Source of the DNA: Gracilinanus agilis
Taxonomy: Eukaryota
NCBI RefSeq assembly: GCF_016433145.1
Contig: NC_058130.1
Location: 422,999,208-423,063,207 of the forward strand
Length of the DNA stretch: 64,000 bases
Direction of reading: 5' to 3'
Part shown: piece by piece, positions 24,336 through 38,420 of the stretch
Position numbering within the stretch: position 1 is the stretch's first letter
Layout: every line of letters begins with the position of its first letter
Notes under the pieces: generated by a model
Told to the model about the DNA's origin: nothing
Database searches by the model: none
The model's input: the letters and a program-made list of their open reading frames with translations, nothing else
Program-made: the position numbers and the translations under genes

Positions 24336-27300
24336 CATTTCTATATAGAACATAAAAGTAATTAAGATTCAAATGTCTTTCTCTTTGAGGTTATTAATAT
24401 AAATATAATTGTTTCTTGGGCTGTGTCTTACAGCCCTGATAACTTCTAATCTATTCTGAGTTATCCATAGTAATGAAAATAACTCAGATAATCAGGATCC
24501 ACATATTAACTCAAAATTCCATTCCAGTCAATAGTTGATTTTTTCTGTTCTCACCCCACAAGACAAAAATAGACATAGACACACAGATAGACAGACACGC
24601 GCACACACACACCATTCATGTGCACATATCCCAAAAAAAACCATCTGAGAAAATAATCACACTTATGAGATTTCATCTTCATTTCCCCTCACTGATTCTT
24701 TACCAAAAGTTCCAAAGAGTATGACATTGCCAAGAGGGAGGCCAGTACAAAATAGACAAAAAGGACAATCCAAAAACTCAGTTCATCCTTGAACTTGATA
24801 ATTAGCTCCTGAATCAATGAATTAACGACATTTAACTTTTCTGCAAGGATGGGGAAGGCTTGATTAGGATGCCATGGACATGAACTCTGTGTATAGACAG
24901 AGCATATTTAGTTACCATTCTTTACTCAGTCCCATGTCTGAATTAGTCTATATTCTTTGAGGAAGGAATTGTTTCTGACCTGAATTTGCCTTATAGGGAA
25001 GAGACTACTTCAAAGAGACATTGTCTTTTCTTTATTTTTTTCTTTCTGCAAGGCATAAATTTGGAGGATAGGTTTAGGAATTTTACATTGAGTAGAAATA
25101 TATGCCCTACAATAGGAATTATGGAAGGAAGTTGCACCTATGGGGAAACACCCATCCATACATACAGAAATTCAGTCCTTCCCAAAAATCAGAGTTAGGA
25201 AAATACTTTTTATTTCAGCAATCAAAAAGAAAAAAATAGAAATAATGCTTTCAGAGGCTGGTATGCAGACTGTTGCCTAAATTAGAGGGGTTTTATCCAA
25301 AAGCCTCATGCTTTAAAAAAAAATTAGTCATAAAGGACACCCTGCTCAAGTCACCCTCACAACAACTTATTCTAACAAGACTGGCCAACCAAGATGATAA
25401 TGGTAGAATTATAAAGCTGTTCATAGCTTACTTTATTTTAGTGTTTCATTAATATATCTTTAGCGTAATTCAAAATTTCAGAAATTAGAGATTATTTAAG
25501 ATGGAATTTAGAGGAGACAAATTCAGTAATGGTCAGGAATTCAGAAATTACATACTTTCCTTGGTTCTTGGCTTTTATTCCCTAATCTATAATTTTTGTT
25601 TTGAGCTAAATCAGCAGACAAACTATGATAGAAAAACAAAAAGCATCAACAAAACATTAAAACCAGTGAAAATATATCACCAAACCACTGCTTCTGAAAA
25701 AAAAAAAAAGATTACTATTTCAGAAATCTAAATAAAATTAGGTTTGAATTGGAACAAACAAAAGACAGAATTGGGAGCTTGTTCTCAATATTCTACCCTA
25801 CTTCCTCTTCTGTCTTTCTGCTCCCACAGAAAACCCATTTTAATTTAAGAACAAAATTCAGTAATTCCACACAAGCGTTTGCCTTCCCCCTATCAGGAGG
25901 TGTAGTAGCTCAGTACTTTAAAAACTGTCCATAAAACCCAAGTTTTGTTCAGCAGAGGAAATCCTCTTAGCCATTTCCTTCTTTGTTGGCCTGTTGGATG
26001 AAGTTTAATTTGGTATCCCAGATACCTGTCAGATATATGTGTTTCAGCTGTCCCGGACAACTCCTCATAACCTAGTGGTGCTATTAATAATCTATCACAT
26101 ATGAATCTGTTGAACAATTCACATTATTTAAAAATCACTATCCTGTTACATGAGCAAGCCAAACCAGCTATCCAGCCATGCCATAAATCAAATATCAAAG
26201 ACTTTCTTATTGCAAATGTCATTTCTGCCACTGGGTGGTTGAAATGCTTACTTTGTCATATCTTATAAATGGTGACAAGTCAATATCTGTCTCCAACACT
26301 GCTTACCAACCCATGCCCCTTCTTATTGTAGGTACAACAGAGGATTTCAGAAGTCTTTTCATTTAAAAGCATCCTAGAAAAGGGTCAGGATAAGCAATTT
26401 TTTTAAAGGATTACACATGACTATGAAATAAATTGTCACTTTTGGGGGCATGTTGTTTTTGTCTTCATTTAGGTCTCCTCTTGAAATTATGATTATTGAT
26501 TTAGGCCAAAGGGCACTCACATGAAAATTATGCTAAGGGCATAATTTTAAGTAATCATGTTCTGATTTCTCTACAATCAGACCTCTGGATTTGATATCCT
26601 GTAAACTTGGTCTCTTTGTTATAGTGTCTTCCATTTGTGCTCCAGGGTTTCCTGCTGAGTTTTAGAGTTTGAAGACCCATTTTATTAATTTATGCAAGGG
26701 TAATCAAAATCTGGTGAAGTGATTTGTAGTAATCAGATTCATACTAGGCTGATTTGCAAACTGGAAGGCCAATTTGTTTAGTTTTGAGAGCCATAATTGG
26801 GCAATACAGTCTCTTACCAGTAAGGAAACCTAGTTGGAGATGATATAAAAATCAAATTACTTACTGAATACAGAGACACAGCAAAGAAGGTTAACAAGAT
26901 CATGGATTTAAGCTTTTAGAAATCAAAGGCTCAGGTTCAGAGCTGGAAGAGATCTTGGAGGCCATTTAGAACAACTGTCTTATTTTACAGATGAAGAAAC
27001 TGAGGCAGAAAGGAGTTGAGGGATTTGCTCAAGTTACATTGAGTAGCAAATGACAGAGCCGAGATCAGAACTCAGATTCCATATCCAGTACCCTTTTAGT
27101 TCAACATACCCGAATGGTCTTAAGTACTTTTATCAATGTATGGGAGACACTCCCACTCTGGACCACAAAGGAGGGATATTAATTTTAGTTGCTCAGGCTC
27201 TTACTTTTTTCACTCTAGAGACCCCATGACAAATTCTTACACCATTTCCCCTTTTTATACACTTCATAATGACTCTCAAACTTCTATGTTAAGGATTAGA

Positions 27301-28446
27301 ATATCCCATTTCTTCATTTCAGCAGCCTTTCAAAACACATCCTAATTTCTAATGACATAGCCCATTTTACACTGATCACATTCTAAAGCAGTTGCTTCCT
27401 GATAGGAAATAGTCTTATCTTTGTAGTATGTTATCTCTAATTCCCATTTTAGGATGGATTACATCAGGGACAGTTTCCTGTGGACATTTATCCTGACCAT
27501 GATAGGTATATCCTACTGGTCCCATTGCTCCTTTTTCTTGACCTGGGTGTCTTGAACCCTTCTTGACTACTTCCTAATATTTCATTGCAAGTATTTCTTT
27601 TCCTAGGTTTTTGCAGTCCATTTTATTTTAAGGCCTGTTGCCTTCAAACCACAGTTTACATTCTTAATGTTTATTTGGTTGAGACATAATGGATTTTTCA
27701 GAGTGCTTTGTGTCTGGATAGTTAGCTTATGAATCAGAAGCCAGTTTTCTCCAGTTTACTTCATTAGATCTATCTCGTTTTTGTGTCTCATTTTGTTAAA
27801 CGTATTCAACTCTTATTTAATTATAGAACTACTCACATGTTTCAAACTCCAAGAATTGAATTCTATTTCTGAAATGAAAGTCATTTTGACTCAAGATATA
27901 TGTAACATTTTTTATTAATAGCTTGGATAATGGTAGAGATATCATGCAAATCCAGTGTGAAGATGGGATAATTAACATTTTAGAAGACAATTAGGATTCA
28001 AATAGATTTTGATAGAATAGAACATTGAAAATAAGATGAAATGTTACAAGAACAGAGGTAAAATCTTAAATCTAGATTTTAAAAAAATCAGTGAACAAGT
28101 GCAAGATGGAAAAGCATGGCTAGACAGCAGGCCATCTGAAAAAATATCTGGGAGTTTTAATGGATTGTAAGCTAAATAAAAGTCAGCCATGTAACTTGAA
28201 AGCAAGAACAACTAATGCAATTTTGGGTTACACTGAAGTACATAAGATCCAGGAAAAATGAGATGACAGTCCCATTATCTGCCTTGAGCAGATCACATCT
28301 GGAGTTTTGTGTGAAATTTTGGGCACTATGTTTGAGGCAGGGCATTAATAAACTGAGGGGTGTGTAGAGGAGACTAACTAGGATTCAAGTTCATGCTTCA
28401 GGAGAACTGGTTGGAAGAATTTAGGATGTTTATCATAGAAAAGATT

Positions 28447-28640
28447 GGGGCAGCTGGGTAGCACAGTAGATAGAGAGCCAAGCCTGGAGTTAGAAGGACC
28501 TGGGTTCAAATGTGACCTCAGACTTCCTAGCTGTGGAACTCTGAGCAAGTTGATTAACCCCAATCACCTAGCCTTTGCCACTCTTCTGTCTTAGAATTGA
28601 TACTAAGACTGAAGGTAAGAATTTAAAAAAAGAAAAAGAA
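28447..28640 (+). mobile_element. Opossum SINE inserted in CR1
   Basis: ggggcagctgggtagcacagtaga...gggttcaaatgtgacctcagac...A-rich tail. Confidence 0.85.
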
Positions 28641-28853
28641 AAGACTTAATGGAAGGCAGACAGGATAGCTAACTTCACATATTCAAAGAGCTGACATGTA
28701 ACAGAGGGATTGGACTTTTTCTTTTTTTTTTTTTTTTACATCAGAGGGCAGAACTAGGAGCAGTGATTGGAAACTTCAAAGGGGCAAGTTTAGGCTTGAA
28801 AAGCTTCCTGATAATTAAAGCTATCCAAAATTATATTAAGGCTACGTTGCCAG

Positions 28854-29307
28854 TGTGGGAGGTGAATGGGAGGAAGGTAGATGGAAGTTTTGATGGGAGA
28901 AAGAAGAGCGGAAAGTAGAGGAAGGGAAAGGAAGGTAGTGGGTCCCCAGCCCCGGCAGGGGGAAATTGACCAGAGCCCTTCGGGGCCCAAATAAAAGATC
29001 AGAGAGCAACTTTAGGGTTTAGAATGGCTCCTTTAATTTAAATCAGAAAGGGGAAGGTCTAGGGAAAACTAGGAGGTAGATAGAAAGGGAAAAAGGCGCC
29101 AAGAGAGAGATCAGGGTAGATAGCATCAGCCAGCCTCCAGGCTTGAGAGAGCAGAGAGCAAAGAGCCACTGAAAAAGGTGCCAAACTTTCTCTTTTATAC
29201 TTTCTCCCACACCTCCACAAAAGAAGTGGGAGGTGTCAGGGGAAGTTGTAGCAGGGAGTCCTGGGAGTTGTAGTCTCCCAGGGCTCACAACAATTCCAAA
29301 TGACACA
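28854..29307 (-). mobile_element. Solo ERV LTR, 454 bp, antisense to gene, inserted in CR1
   Basis: TG...CA termini with perfect 4-bp TSD CCAG (28850-28853 and 29308-29311); minus-strand TATAAAA at 29193-29199 and ATTAAA near 29034; several CpGs retained. Confidence 0.85.
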
Positions 29308-30266
29308 CCAGGTAGTAAGTTTCCCTTCAGTGAGGTCTTTACACAAAGGCTGAGTGACAGTGTGATGGGTAAATTGTTTAGATAGGACCCTATTTCCAGG
29401 AGAGTTTTATATAAGTGGCCTCTTAAATCCCTTCCCAGTCTAAAATTCACCAACACATGAAGCCTCTGGGAAATTCAGCCCATATTATACATTGTCCTCT
29501 TAATTTCCAACAGGTCTCTTGCATTTGGATAAAGAAAGGCCAACATTGTTATTTATAAGTAAAATAGGAAACTTTCCTGCCACAGAGAGATCTTTCCAAA
29601 TCCAAATAAGCAAGTAAGGTAGTTAGCCACCAAGAGTAAAATATGATTTACAAAGGCTGCACTAAGGAATGGTTGTTTGTTTTTTTTTTATTAATGTACA
29701 TGCTTTTAATACAAGAAAATTTCATTCTCTGATGAACATGGTGATTTATCCTGTGATGATTTCTTTTGAGTGGCATAGAGAAATTGAATTTTTCAAGTGG
29801 GAGGGGGTGAGTAGACAAAGGTATCATACTAATTTCATCCTTGCCTAGAGTACCCACGATCCCTGTCCTGGATCTACTCTGAGGAATCTTGGGGGAAGAG
29901 AGGAAAACCAAGGTATCACGTGCCATCTACTAAGATCGTTTAGAATTATTCATTCTTTGGAAACTGAAAGAGCTGAATGGACTGATTCCCTTTTTGACCA
30001 TGTGACCAGTCTATTTATAACCCAGCTTAACTCCTCAATTCTGTCCAATAATTGCTTTCTTTTTTATTTTTTAAGACTAGGGTTCTTTAAGCCTGTCTTT
30101 GTTCCTGTGTATGACATGCTGTATATAACATGAAATAAAATTTATTTTATAAAACCCAATGCAAAGCCACTATGACTGCAGCCAAGGATCCCTCGCCATG
30201 TTTGAGTGATGTTTAGATATTGTCATGACCTGCCCATGTTCAAAATAGCTGTTCTGTGTCTTCCAG

Positions 30267-30519
30267 CAATAAAGTGCAGCATATAATGGATGAAATGATC
30301 ACCACTGAAAGGGAATATGTTAGATCCTTAGGATATATCATCGACAACTATTTTCCAGAAATGGAAAGAATGGACCTGCCCCAGGACTTGCGAGGGAAGC
30401 GCAACATAATCTTTGGGAACCTGGAGAAGCTCTATGATTTCCACTGTCAGTATTTCTTAAAAGAGCTGGAGCACTGCAGAGACTGCCCCTTGCCTGTCAG
30501 CCACTGTTTTCTGAGACAT
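30267..30519 (+). CDS. PLEKHG4B: Coding exon I, DH (RhoGEF) domain N-half, NKVQHIMDEMITTEREYVRSLGYIIDNYFPEM...CFLRH
   Basis: gttctgtgtcttccag|C...CAT|gtaagt; 253 nt, phase 2-0; DH CR1 motif TEREYV and IFGNLEKLYDFH. Confidence 0.97.
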
Positions 30520-31805
30520 GTAAGTTCCCCGTCCTGGGATTCACAGGAATCCACGTGTCTCGAGCTAGCCAGTTGTTATGGTTACCAAGGGAATTGCTCT
30601 GTTCCTTACCGGTTCTGGGTTTCACTGAGAAAATGACATCTAGCTAATGAATGCCCTGCAAGTCCTTTTCAGTCTTAAAAGTTTCTTCTGGATAGTGAAT
30701 ACTGCTGTATACCTGCAGTAGTTCATTTGAAATTTTCAGGTGCTTAAAATGGAGAGAATGCAGAGTCAGGAAATGTGTAAAGGAGGCAAGCTCCAAGGTT
30801 GTTTGGTAAACAATTTCTTATTCTTCCAAAAGGCTTATTCAGGGTTTAGTTCCAAATCCTTTGGGGAGGGCTAAAGTTTAACCTGGTCATTCTAAAATCA
30901 AGAAGGAAGTGAGAGTATCAGTGGAAGGAAATCATTTTTCACAATGCTTTCCCTCATCCTTGGAGAATTAACATTACACATAGTTGTTTGGGGGATGAAA
31001 AAAGTATATAGAGTGTGTGAAAATGGATTAAACTGAACAGTTCACCTCCCAACACCCAAGCAAAGACTCTGGTCATAAAATCCCCAAATTCAGTGTCTGA
31101 AGGATGAAGTAGGGGTACTACAGACCTGTATTCTCTTGGATTTTCTAGCTGTTGAACTCCTAGTACCTGTCCATGGAAATAAGAAGAATAATTTCTATTG
31201 GACTTTATGATTTTTAAAATGGTTTCAGAGATATCCCATTTATGGGCTAACCATGTGTTGTTACCTTGTGGCAGTCACTGTTAGGAACAAGGGATATCCC
31301 CCCAAAAGTTACAAAGTCCCCCCGACAATGAGTTTACACTCTTAATAGGAGCTATGATGTCAAAGAAGGATTAGCCTTAATTTACTTAATCCCAGAGATC
31401 TGAACCAAAATAACTAGGTAGATATTAGAGAGAGACAACACTTGGCCAAATATAAATAAAAATTCCTAACAACTGGAGTCTATTCTAAAGTGGAATGGGC
31501 CATCTCTGGAGGTAATGAGCTTTCTGTTTCCAAAGGTCTTCCAACAGAGATTCTTTGCCAGGGACTTTGTAGAGTGGATTTATTCAGGTAAAAGTTGTAG
31601 TACATGGCTTTCTGATGTTCCTACAGGTTCTGAGTCCCTGATTCTCAGATTCCATTTATGAAACTCTGCCTCATTTAAATCCAGTTCATGGTCAAGTCAA
31701 GACATCACCCTCCCTATAATGTCATTGTCCTCTTTGAAAACAATGATGAATAATAACAGTGCCATTCATTTCATGACTTCTCTAAAGTTATATTTCCTAT
31801 TCCTA

Positions 31806-31806
<1 letters not shown>

Positions 31807-31840
<34 letters not shown>
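31807..31840. repeat. (CA)17 microsatellite
   Basis: Perfect CA run. Confidence 0.97.
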
Positions 31841-31843
<3 letters not shown>

Positions 31844-33766
31844 CTCGTTCACTTCATCCCTATGTTCTAAAGCCATTTCCTGCTCTCATTAGTGGTATCT
31901 AGGTAAGAGTTTCCAGGGACAAGTGGATATATTCAGTTCTCCTGTCTCCATAGAGGATAATGAGCAAGTAAATAAAAAGATGAATAAACTTGTGCTTATT
32001 AATACCTCTCTAATACTTTGGGTAATGAGGGACAGGCTCTGGAATGTGTCAAGAACTACATGCCTCCCTTCAATTCTCATCTGGTGATTGCTAAAGGAAA
32101 ACTGCAGCCATTTTTTGAAGCTCAGAAAGTAAGGCCACCATGAGTGATGGCTACAGCCCCGCTTTGGGATTTGGGCACCCATCCTATTTAGATGTAGGAG
32201 AACAATGACATGTGCTGTTTGGAACTGTTGTTTCTTTGTTCTTTGAACGGCAGAACCATAACGAAAGTGCTTGAGGAGCAATGCCAAAATCATGCTGAGC
32301 TGAGAATGTCAAAACAGACATTGAGAGATGGCCATCCGCTGACTGCCCTCCGCCCCTGGCAAAAGCCTAATGAGAATGCCAAGAGCCAAAGAAAAAGGGA
32401 AAATTACTGGATGTCTTTTTTTCATCTCCTTAGTAGCATGTTAGAGACCAAGGTCTGCCAAGCAAGAGGAAAACAACACAAGTCCCATTAATAAATAAAA
32501 GTACAGCAGGTGGCCTGGGTAGCATTGCCTATGTAAGAAAAGCTTCTGAATTGTCAAGTACCAAATACATAGAGTCCAAATGGAAGTTTTCATAAGGAAA
32601 CCAAAATCTAACATTTCCTCTTCTCTCTTCTCCACTCCAAGCAATTACATGAACCTTATAAACAGCCCCCTGCTTTAGATGTTAACATCTTGCCACTAAA
32701 AAAAGAAAATTCTAGACCACAACAGTACTAAGTCATGAACTTAGAAAATAGTTTCTTCATTAGTAGTAGAGAGGCTGTTAAATAATCCAGTGGTTACAGT
32801 GCTGGGCCTAGAGCTAAGAAGACTTGAATTCAAATTGGTCTCAGACACTTACTGTGTGTCCCTAGGTGACTCTTGGACTGTAAGTTAAAGAGAAGGTTCC
32901 AATTTTCATTTTAGAAGGGGGGTTTTCTTACCAAAAAGGGCCCTCTTCCAGTGAAATCACAGGTCCAGTGAATGTCGTTTTTAAAAATAAATCTACTTTT
33001 GTTTCTATGCAACCCAGATTGCCATTTTTTTCTTTTCTAGTATTTTAACATTTCTCTTTTCTCTAGCCCTCAAGTCTTTTTTCTTTCTAACCCCCTTTTC
33101 CTAAATATGGAAAAGAAAGGGCCCCAAGCATCCTGTTCAGGAGCTGTATCCAACTACCCTTCCCTCCTTACCCTCACCCATCACCACTGCTAGGCCAAAG
33201 TCCTCGCTCCTCTGCCTCATCCTTCTTCTCAGCTAAAACATCATAATCTCTCGAGGGTCATTCTGTTCCTCTTTCCTGGTTCTCTGAACTTCTCTTCTGT
33301 CAGTTGTCCTTATATTTGTCACCAACATTAATCCTGTCCCAGGCCCTTTTGGCAACCAGACCTTTGGGTGACACTGGGCGACCTGGCAAAGTTAAGGAAG
33401 CTCAATAGGCCCTCACTTCCCCACAAGGTTTTGTTCTATAATATCATTAGATTTGGGAACTACTTGGTATCTAGGGTTCAAAAAGGAATATTAATCAATT
33501 GATGGAATAACAAGCATCTATTAAGCATTGACTATGGACCAGACACTGTCCTAGGTGCTAGGGACATAAAGACAAAAACAAAACCATCTCTGTCTTCAAT
33601 GAATTTACATTCCATTTGAAGGGATGATATATACATAAATAAGTTTATGGATGAATAAAAGAATGAAAAAGCATTTATCAAGCATTAAACATATGCCAGA
33701 AAGTGTGCTATGGGCAAGGCAAAAAAATCAACTAATCCCTGCCCTTAAGCATTATGTAACTTTTGC

Positions 33767-33972
33767 AAGCAGCTGGATAGCTCAGTGGATTGGGAGCCAG
33801 ACTTAGAGATGGGAGGTCTTATTCAAATCTGGCCTCAGACACTTCCCAGCTGTGTGACCCTGGGCAAGTCACTTGACCCCCATTGCCTAGCCCTTACCAC
33901 TCTTCTGCCTTAGAACCAATACACGGTATTGGTTCTATGACAGAAGGTAAGGGTTTGAAAAAAAAAAAAAAG
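33767..33972 (+). mobile_element. SINE1_Mdo-type SINE
   Basis: gcagctggatagctcagtgg...cccttaccactcttctgcc, poly(A). Confidence 0.88.
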
Positions 33973-36900
33973 AATATTGTAACTTTTGTATGGGCCATAA
34001 TTCTCTCCTAGATTGTAAATTCCATGAGGACAAAAATTATTTCATCAAGTATTTATTCTAGTACCTAGCATAGTGTCCTACATATTGCAAGTGCTTAATA
34101 AATGTCAGCTGAAGTGAATGGAAAGAAGAGACTACCCCAAGAAAGATACTTTATCTGCCTCTGTCCATAACTCACATCTCTTCCACAGACCTTAAGTGGA
34201 ATGAGCACAAAGTCCAGGACTTTCTATAGCTGTCTTCTCCCAGGGCTCCCCCAGTTAAACAGTCAACAAGCATTTATTTAGCTTTCATAGTGTGCCAGGC
34301 ACTGTGCTAAGTCTTGGGGATCCAAACAAAGACTAAGGCAGTCCCTGCCCTCAAAAGTTTTACAATCTAAAGGGGGTAATATGAAAAAAAAAAGTTGTAT
34401 AGATAAGATACATGCAGTGTAAATAGTATATAATCAAAGAAATCTCAGTGGGAAGACACCAAGGTACTGGTTGGAAGATGGAGGGGGGTCTAGTTGGGGG
34501 AATGGAGGGGAGGAGTGGATCCTAAAAAAGACACCCTGCAGAAAGTGGCATTTGAACCGAATCTTGAAGGAAACCCAGAAAGACAGGAGGCATAGAAGAC
34601 CATATGATTCACCCTAATCTAATAGCTACAGATTCTTCCATAGGTATCCTTCCGGGCAACTTCTCTCCTAGGGAAATCGCACTGATTTTCAACCAGCTCA
34701 ATTTCCCTTCCCTCCCTCCCTCCTCTTCAATAATCCTAATGGATTTCTATACCAGTGGTTATAAATGAGGTTGTTTTTCACAAAAGGTCACAAATCACTT
34801 GGTAACTGATCCAAACAAGTGGTATTATTTGTACCCAACTGCTTTGACCACAGAGACACCAAAGCCCATCTAGGGCCAAGAAAAGCATGATTGGACCACT
34901 TAGTCCTAGGCCTGAAGGCAAGTTTGTCAGAGAGCTGGCAGTGATAATTTCATGTAACCTTTCTCCTTCTCCCCCAAATGAGATTTCTCATTTCCTAAAT
35001 TACTCAAGTAATTAAGTAAACAGTGTAATATTTGGGCAAGAACTGTCAAATTATGTGCTTGGTCCTCAATTTCATTACACTGTGTAAACCCAGCTACTGG
35101 TTCAAATAAAATGAGAATCAGATGTGACCAAGAAGACTCAAGCCCTGGCTGTGAGGGTTGATGAATAAGACACTTGATTATAGAAACAGATATGGTGCTG
35201 CAAAGGCAGTTCCTTTGTTTCCTAGATGAATATAGACTTCCTCCCAAAAGCAGAGTTTAGACCATTTAATGTGGAGTTTAGAATTCATTTCTCCACCACC
35301 AGGTATAAGTGATTTTAGAGGCAGGCCTTAAGTAATCTTGGCATTTGCTGGTAATCAAATCACATCAATAAACGTCTATTGAGAACCTGCTCTATGCAAA
35401 ATACAGCTGAGAACCCACTGTTAACATTAACCAAACTGGATTTGTATGTGCGTGGGTAGTGGGAATCAGAAAAGGGCAGAGGCAAGAATTTGGAATCAGA
35501 GGACCTGAGTTCAAATTATAGCTATACTACATATTACCTATTTTAGCCAATCAATCAACATTTATTAAGTACCTACTATGTGCCAAACACTGCTAAGCAT
35601 GGAGGATATAAAGAAAGGTCAAAGACTCTCAAGTAGCTAACAATCTAGTTGGGGGAAAACGACAGTCATACAACTATGTAAAAACAAGTTATCTGCAGAT
35701 CAATTGGAATTAGTCAATAGAGGAAAGGCACTAGGATTAAGGAGATTGGGAATGGTTTCCTGTAGAAGGTGGATTTTAAGTGGGATTTGCAGGAAATTGG
35801 GTTAGCCTAAGGGGGTGCATTCCAGGTCTGAGGGTCACAGAGTGAAAATGCTCTAACCCAGTCAAGAGGAATATCTTGCTCAAGAAACAATAAAGCCCAG
35901 ATAGAGTATGTGTGGGTGGGAGTGGTAAGAAGACTGGAAAGGGGGAAGGCAAGCTTTGATTTGTCACAGGATTTTATATTTAATCTTGAAGGTAATAGGG
36001 AGCTACTGAAGTTTAATAAGTTAGGGGTGGGGGGAGCTCTGGGAAGAACACTTTGATAGCTAAAGTAGAGAATGGACTAGAATGGAGAGACTTGTGGCTG
36101 GGAGACTGACCTTCAGATTATTGCAAAAGTCCAGGTGTGAGGACAGAAGGAACTAAACCTAAATGACACAGTACAAATTATTCCACCTCTTTAGGCCTCA
36201 GTTTATCAACTATAAAATTAGGTGAGTAAATTGGTGGCCACCCATCTAGCTCTAAGCAATGATTCTATGACTAGCTCTAAATTGTGGTCTGTTGGGTAGA
36301 GCATTAAAGTTGGAGTAAGAAAGACCTGGAATTGTATTTTGCTTCTTACACTAGCTGTGTAACTAGGCAAATTATTTAACTCCTCTATGCCTTGGTTTCC
36401 TTCTCTGTAAAATGATATGGTTGGGCTCAATCTAAGGAATAGGCTGTATTCCTATTTGGAATTTAACCTCCTTCCCCCCAAAACAAAATAATTTGGATTC
36501 ATTCAAACAAGTAAAATAAACAAGCAAATGAAACAAAACCATCCATTTACCCATAATGTAATTTTGTACTTCTCTAGATAATAAACCCTTTTTTTAAAAG
36601 CATGCAAAAGCTGTACTTGGAAATGACTCACTTCTGTCTGTTGATTCTACAATACATCCTGAGAATGGGATTGATGTCCACGCTTTGGGAGCTCTAGCAA
36701 ACTGAAATGTGTTTAAAGACAAAAGATTCACATCTCAGGGGGAAAAAACAATAAGTGCACTTTTATATTAAGATATGGCTTGTAATTATCCATGTTAATC
36801 ATTGAATGAACAGATCGAACAAATTATTTCAAGTCACAGAGCTGGAGGGGAACATCTCTAAATATCTCTAAGGCTTTCTCACTTCTCATCTAAGGCCACA

Positions 36901-38164
36901 CAATTACTTAGTGGAGAGGTCACAATTAGAAGGCAAGTATCTCTAGCTCGTTTTAAGTAAGATATTCCTTCTACATGATGCCTTTGAAGAAATGAAAATA
37001 TGTTTGAGTTCCCAGATATCTTTTATCTTGTCTCAAAACTCCAGACTCAGCTACTTTTAAGGAGCTGACCTACATAAGCTCTTACAGGTGATCATCCTTC
37101 AGAATAAATATAAACAGAGCACTGGTTCTTGAATTTAACAGTGAATATTTGTTGATTATTCTGCATTTACAAATATGTATTTAGCCTCAGCAAATAGTTA
37201 CATGCTGCTAAAACAGTTTGCTTTACTCAAAAACTTACAAAGAAAAATTGGAATGGTCTTCAGAGCCTATTTTGAAGGCACACAAGAAAATCAACCTCTA
37301 AATAGTAGATTGATTCTGTGTTTTTCTTTTGTTTTAAAACCAAAGATAGCACTAGCAAGATTGAGCATCCACCTTAGTGAACTGATCATAAGATCATGGA
37401 TCTAGTGCTGGAAGGCTCTACATATGGCCATATTAAAAAATATAGTTCAAACCCATCATTTTATAGACTGAGTCCTGGAGAAATCGTGATTTGTTTAAGC
37501 TCACGTACAAATAATAGACATCAGTGGCGGAAGTTAAATACAGGTTCTCTAAATCCAGAGCCATGCACGGTGCCAGGATGATTTGATGCCATGTAATTTG
37601 GGTCAGTTTTCAAAAATTAGATCCCCTCTCTTACATGCTATATATTTACCACTATGGAGTATTTTGCCCCCCCCCCCAAAGTGACACAGACTGAAGGCAA
37701 TTGCAAAAGACCAAGTCCCGGTGATATTTTGAGCAGGACAGCATGAAAAGAAAAGGTATGAAGTTTTGCAAGGACAATGGTTCTCTCTGAAAAAGACTAC
37801 TCATTTGGATGTATGAATTTTAATATATTTGTTTGAAAGGAGAAAGGAACCAAGACATTTATATAGCAATTCCTATTCTGTGCCAGGCATTGCACTAAGC
37901 ACTTTATAAACATCTCACTTGAAGCAAGGCTGTCACTTTATTATCATACCTAATATACTACACACCACACTCAAGTCTAGCCCTTTTAAGCCATCAGATT
38001 GGGTTATACAGATAATAAGATTTTACAATGTGGCTTCTTGGTCCCATTTTTCTAAATTATAAAGGTTTGTGCTGAACAGAACAATGACTTCCCCTAAAGA
38101 AGACCCTTGAGACACACCCTCCCCTTCTTTTCCTATGGCTGCTGTTCTGAATCAAAAAAATTTG

Positions 38165-38420
38165 TTCTTCTTCAGCCATTTTGCAGTCATGTCCAACTCT
38201 TCATGACCCCATTTGGGGTTTTCTTGGCAAAGATACTGGAGTGGCTTGCCATTTCCTTCTTCTGGTCATTTTACAGATGAAGAAACTGAGGCAAAGAGGG
38301 TGAAGTGGCTTGCCCAGAGTCACACAGCTAGTAAGAATCCAAGGCCAGATTTGAACTCAGGAAGATGAGTCTTCTTGACTTCAGGCCAGATATTCCATCC
38401 ACTGCACCACCAGGTGCCCA
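38165..38420 (-). mobile_element. MAR1/RTE-tail type core SINE (similar copies near 7785, 16775, 39055, 44075, 54680, 58940, 63370)
   Basis: cagtcatgtccaactcttcatgaccccatttggggttttcttggcaaagatactggagtgg...ttttacagatgaagaaactgagg. Confidence 0.85.

Larger units (their letters stand above)
27880..29448 (+). mobile_element. CR1/L3 LINE 3' portion, interrupted by a SINE (about 28447-28640) and an LTR (28854-29307)
   Basis: CR1-type segments gatctgggagttttaatggattgtaagct, cagatcacatctggag...gggcactat, agagggcagaactaggagc, ggtagtaagtttcccttcagtgaggtcttt. Confidence 0.8.

Noticed and set aside
32134-32208. Perfect Kozak GCCACCATG opening MSDGYSPALGFGHPSYLD, with a weak phase-0 donor at 32194 that could join exon J
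   Set aside because: A 9-mer is plausible by chance in 128 kb of both strands, the donor is weak, there is no promoter evidence, and the product would lack half the DH domain.
34470-34510. G-rich run with G-quadruplex potential (also near 36020 and 39325)
   Set aside because: Irregular G-tracts within L2-type repeat sequence; common and uninformative.
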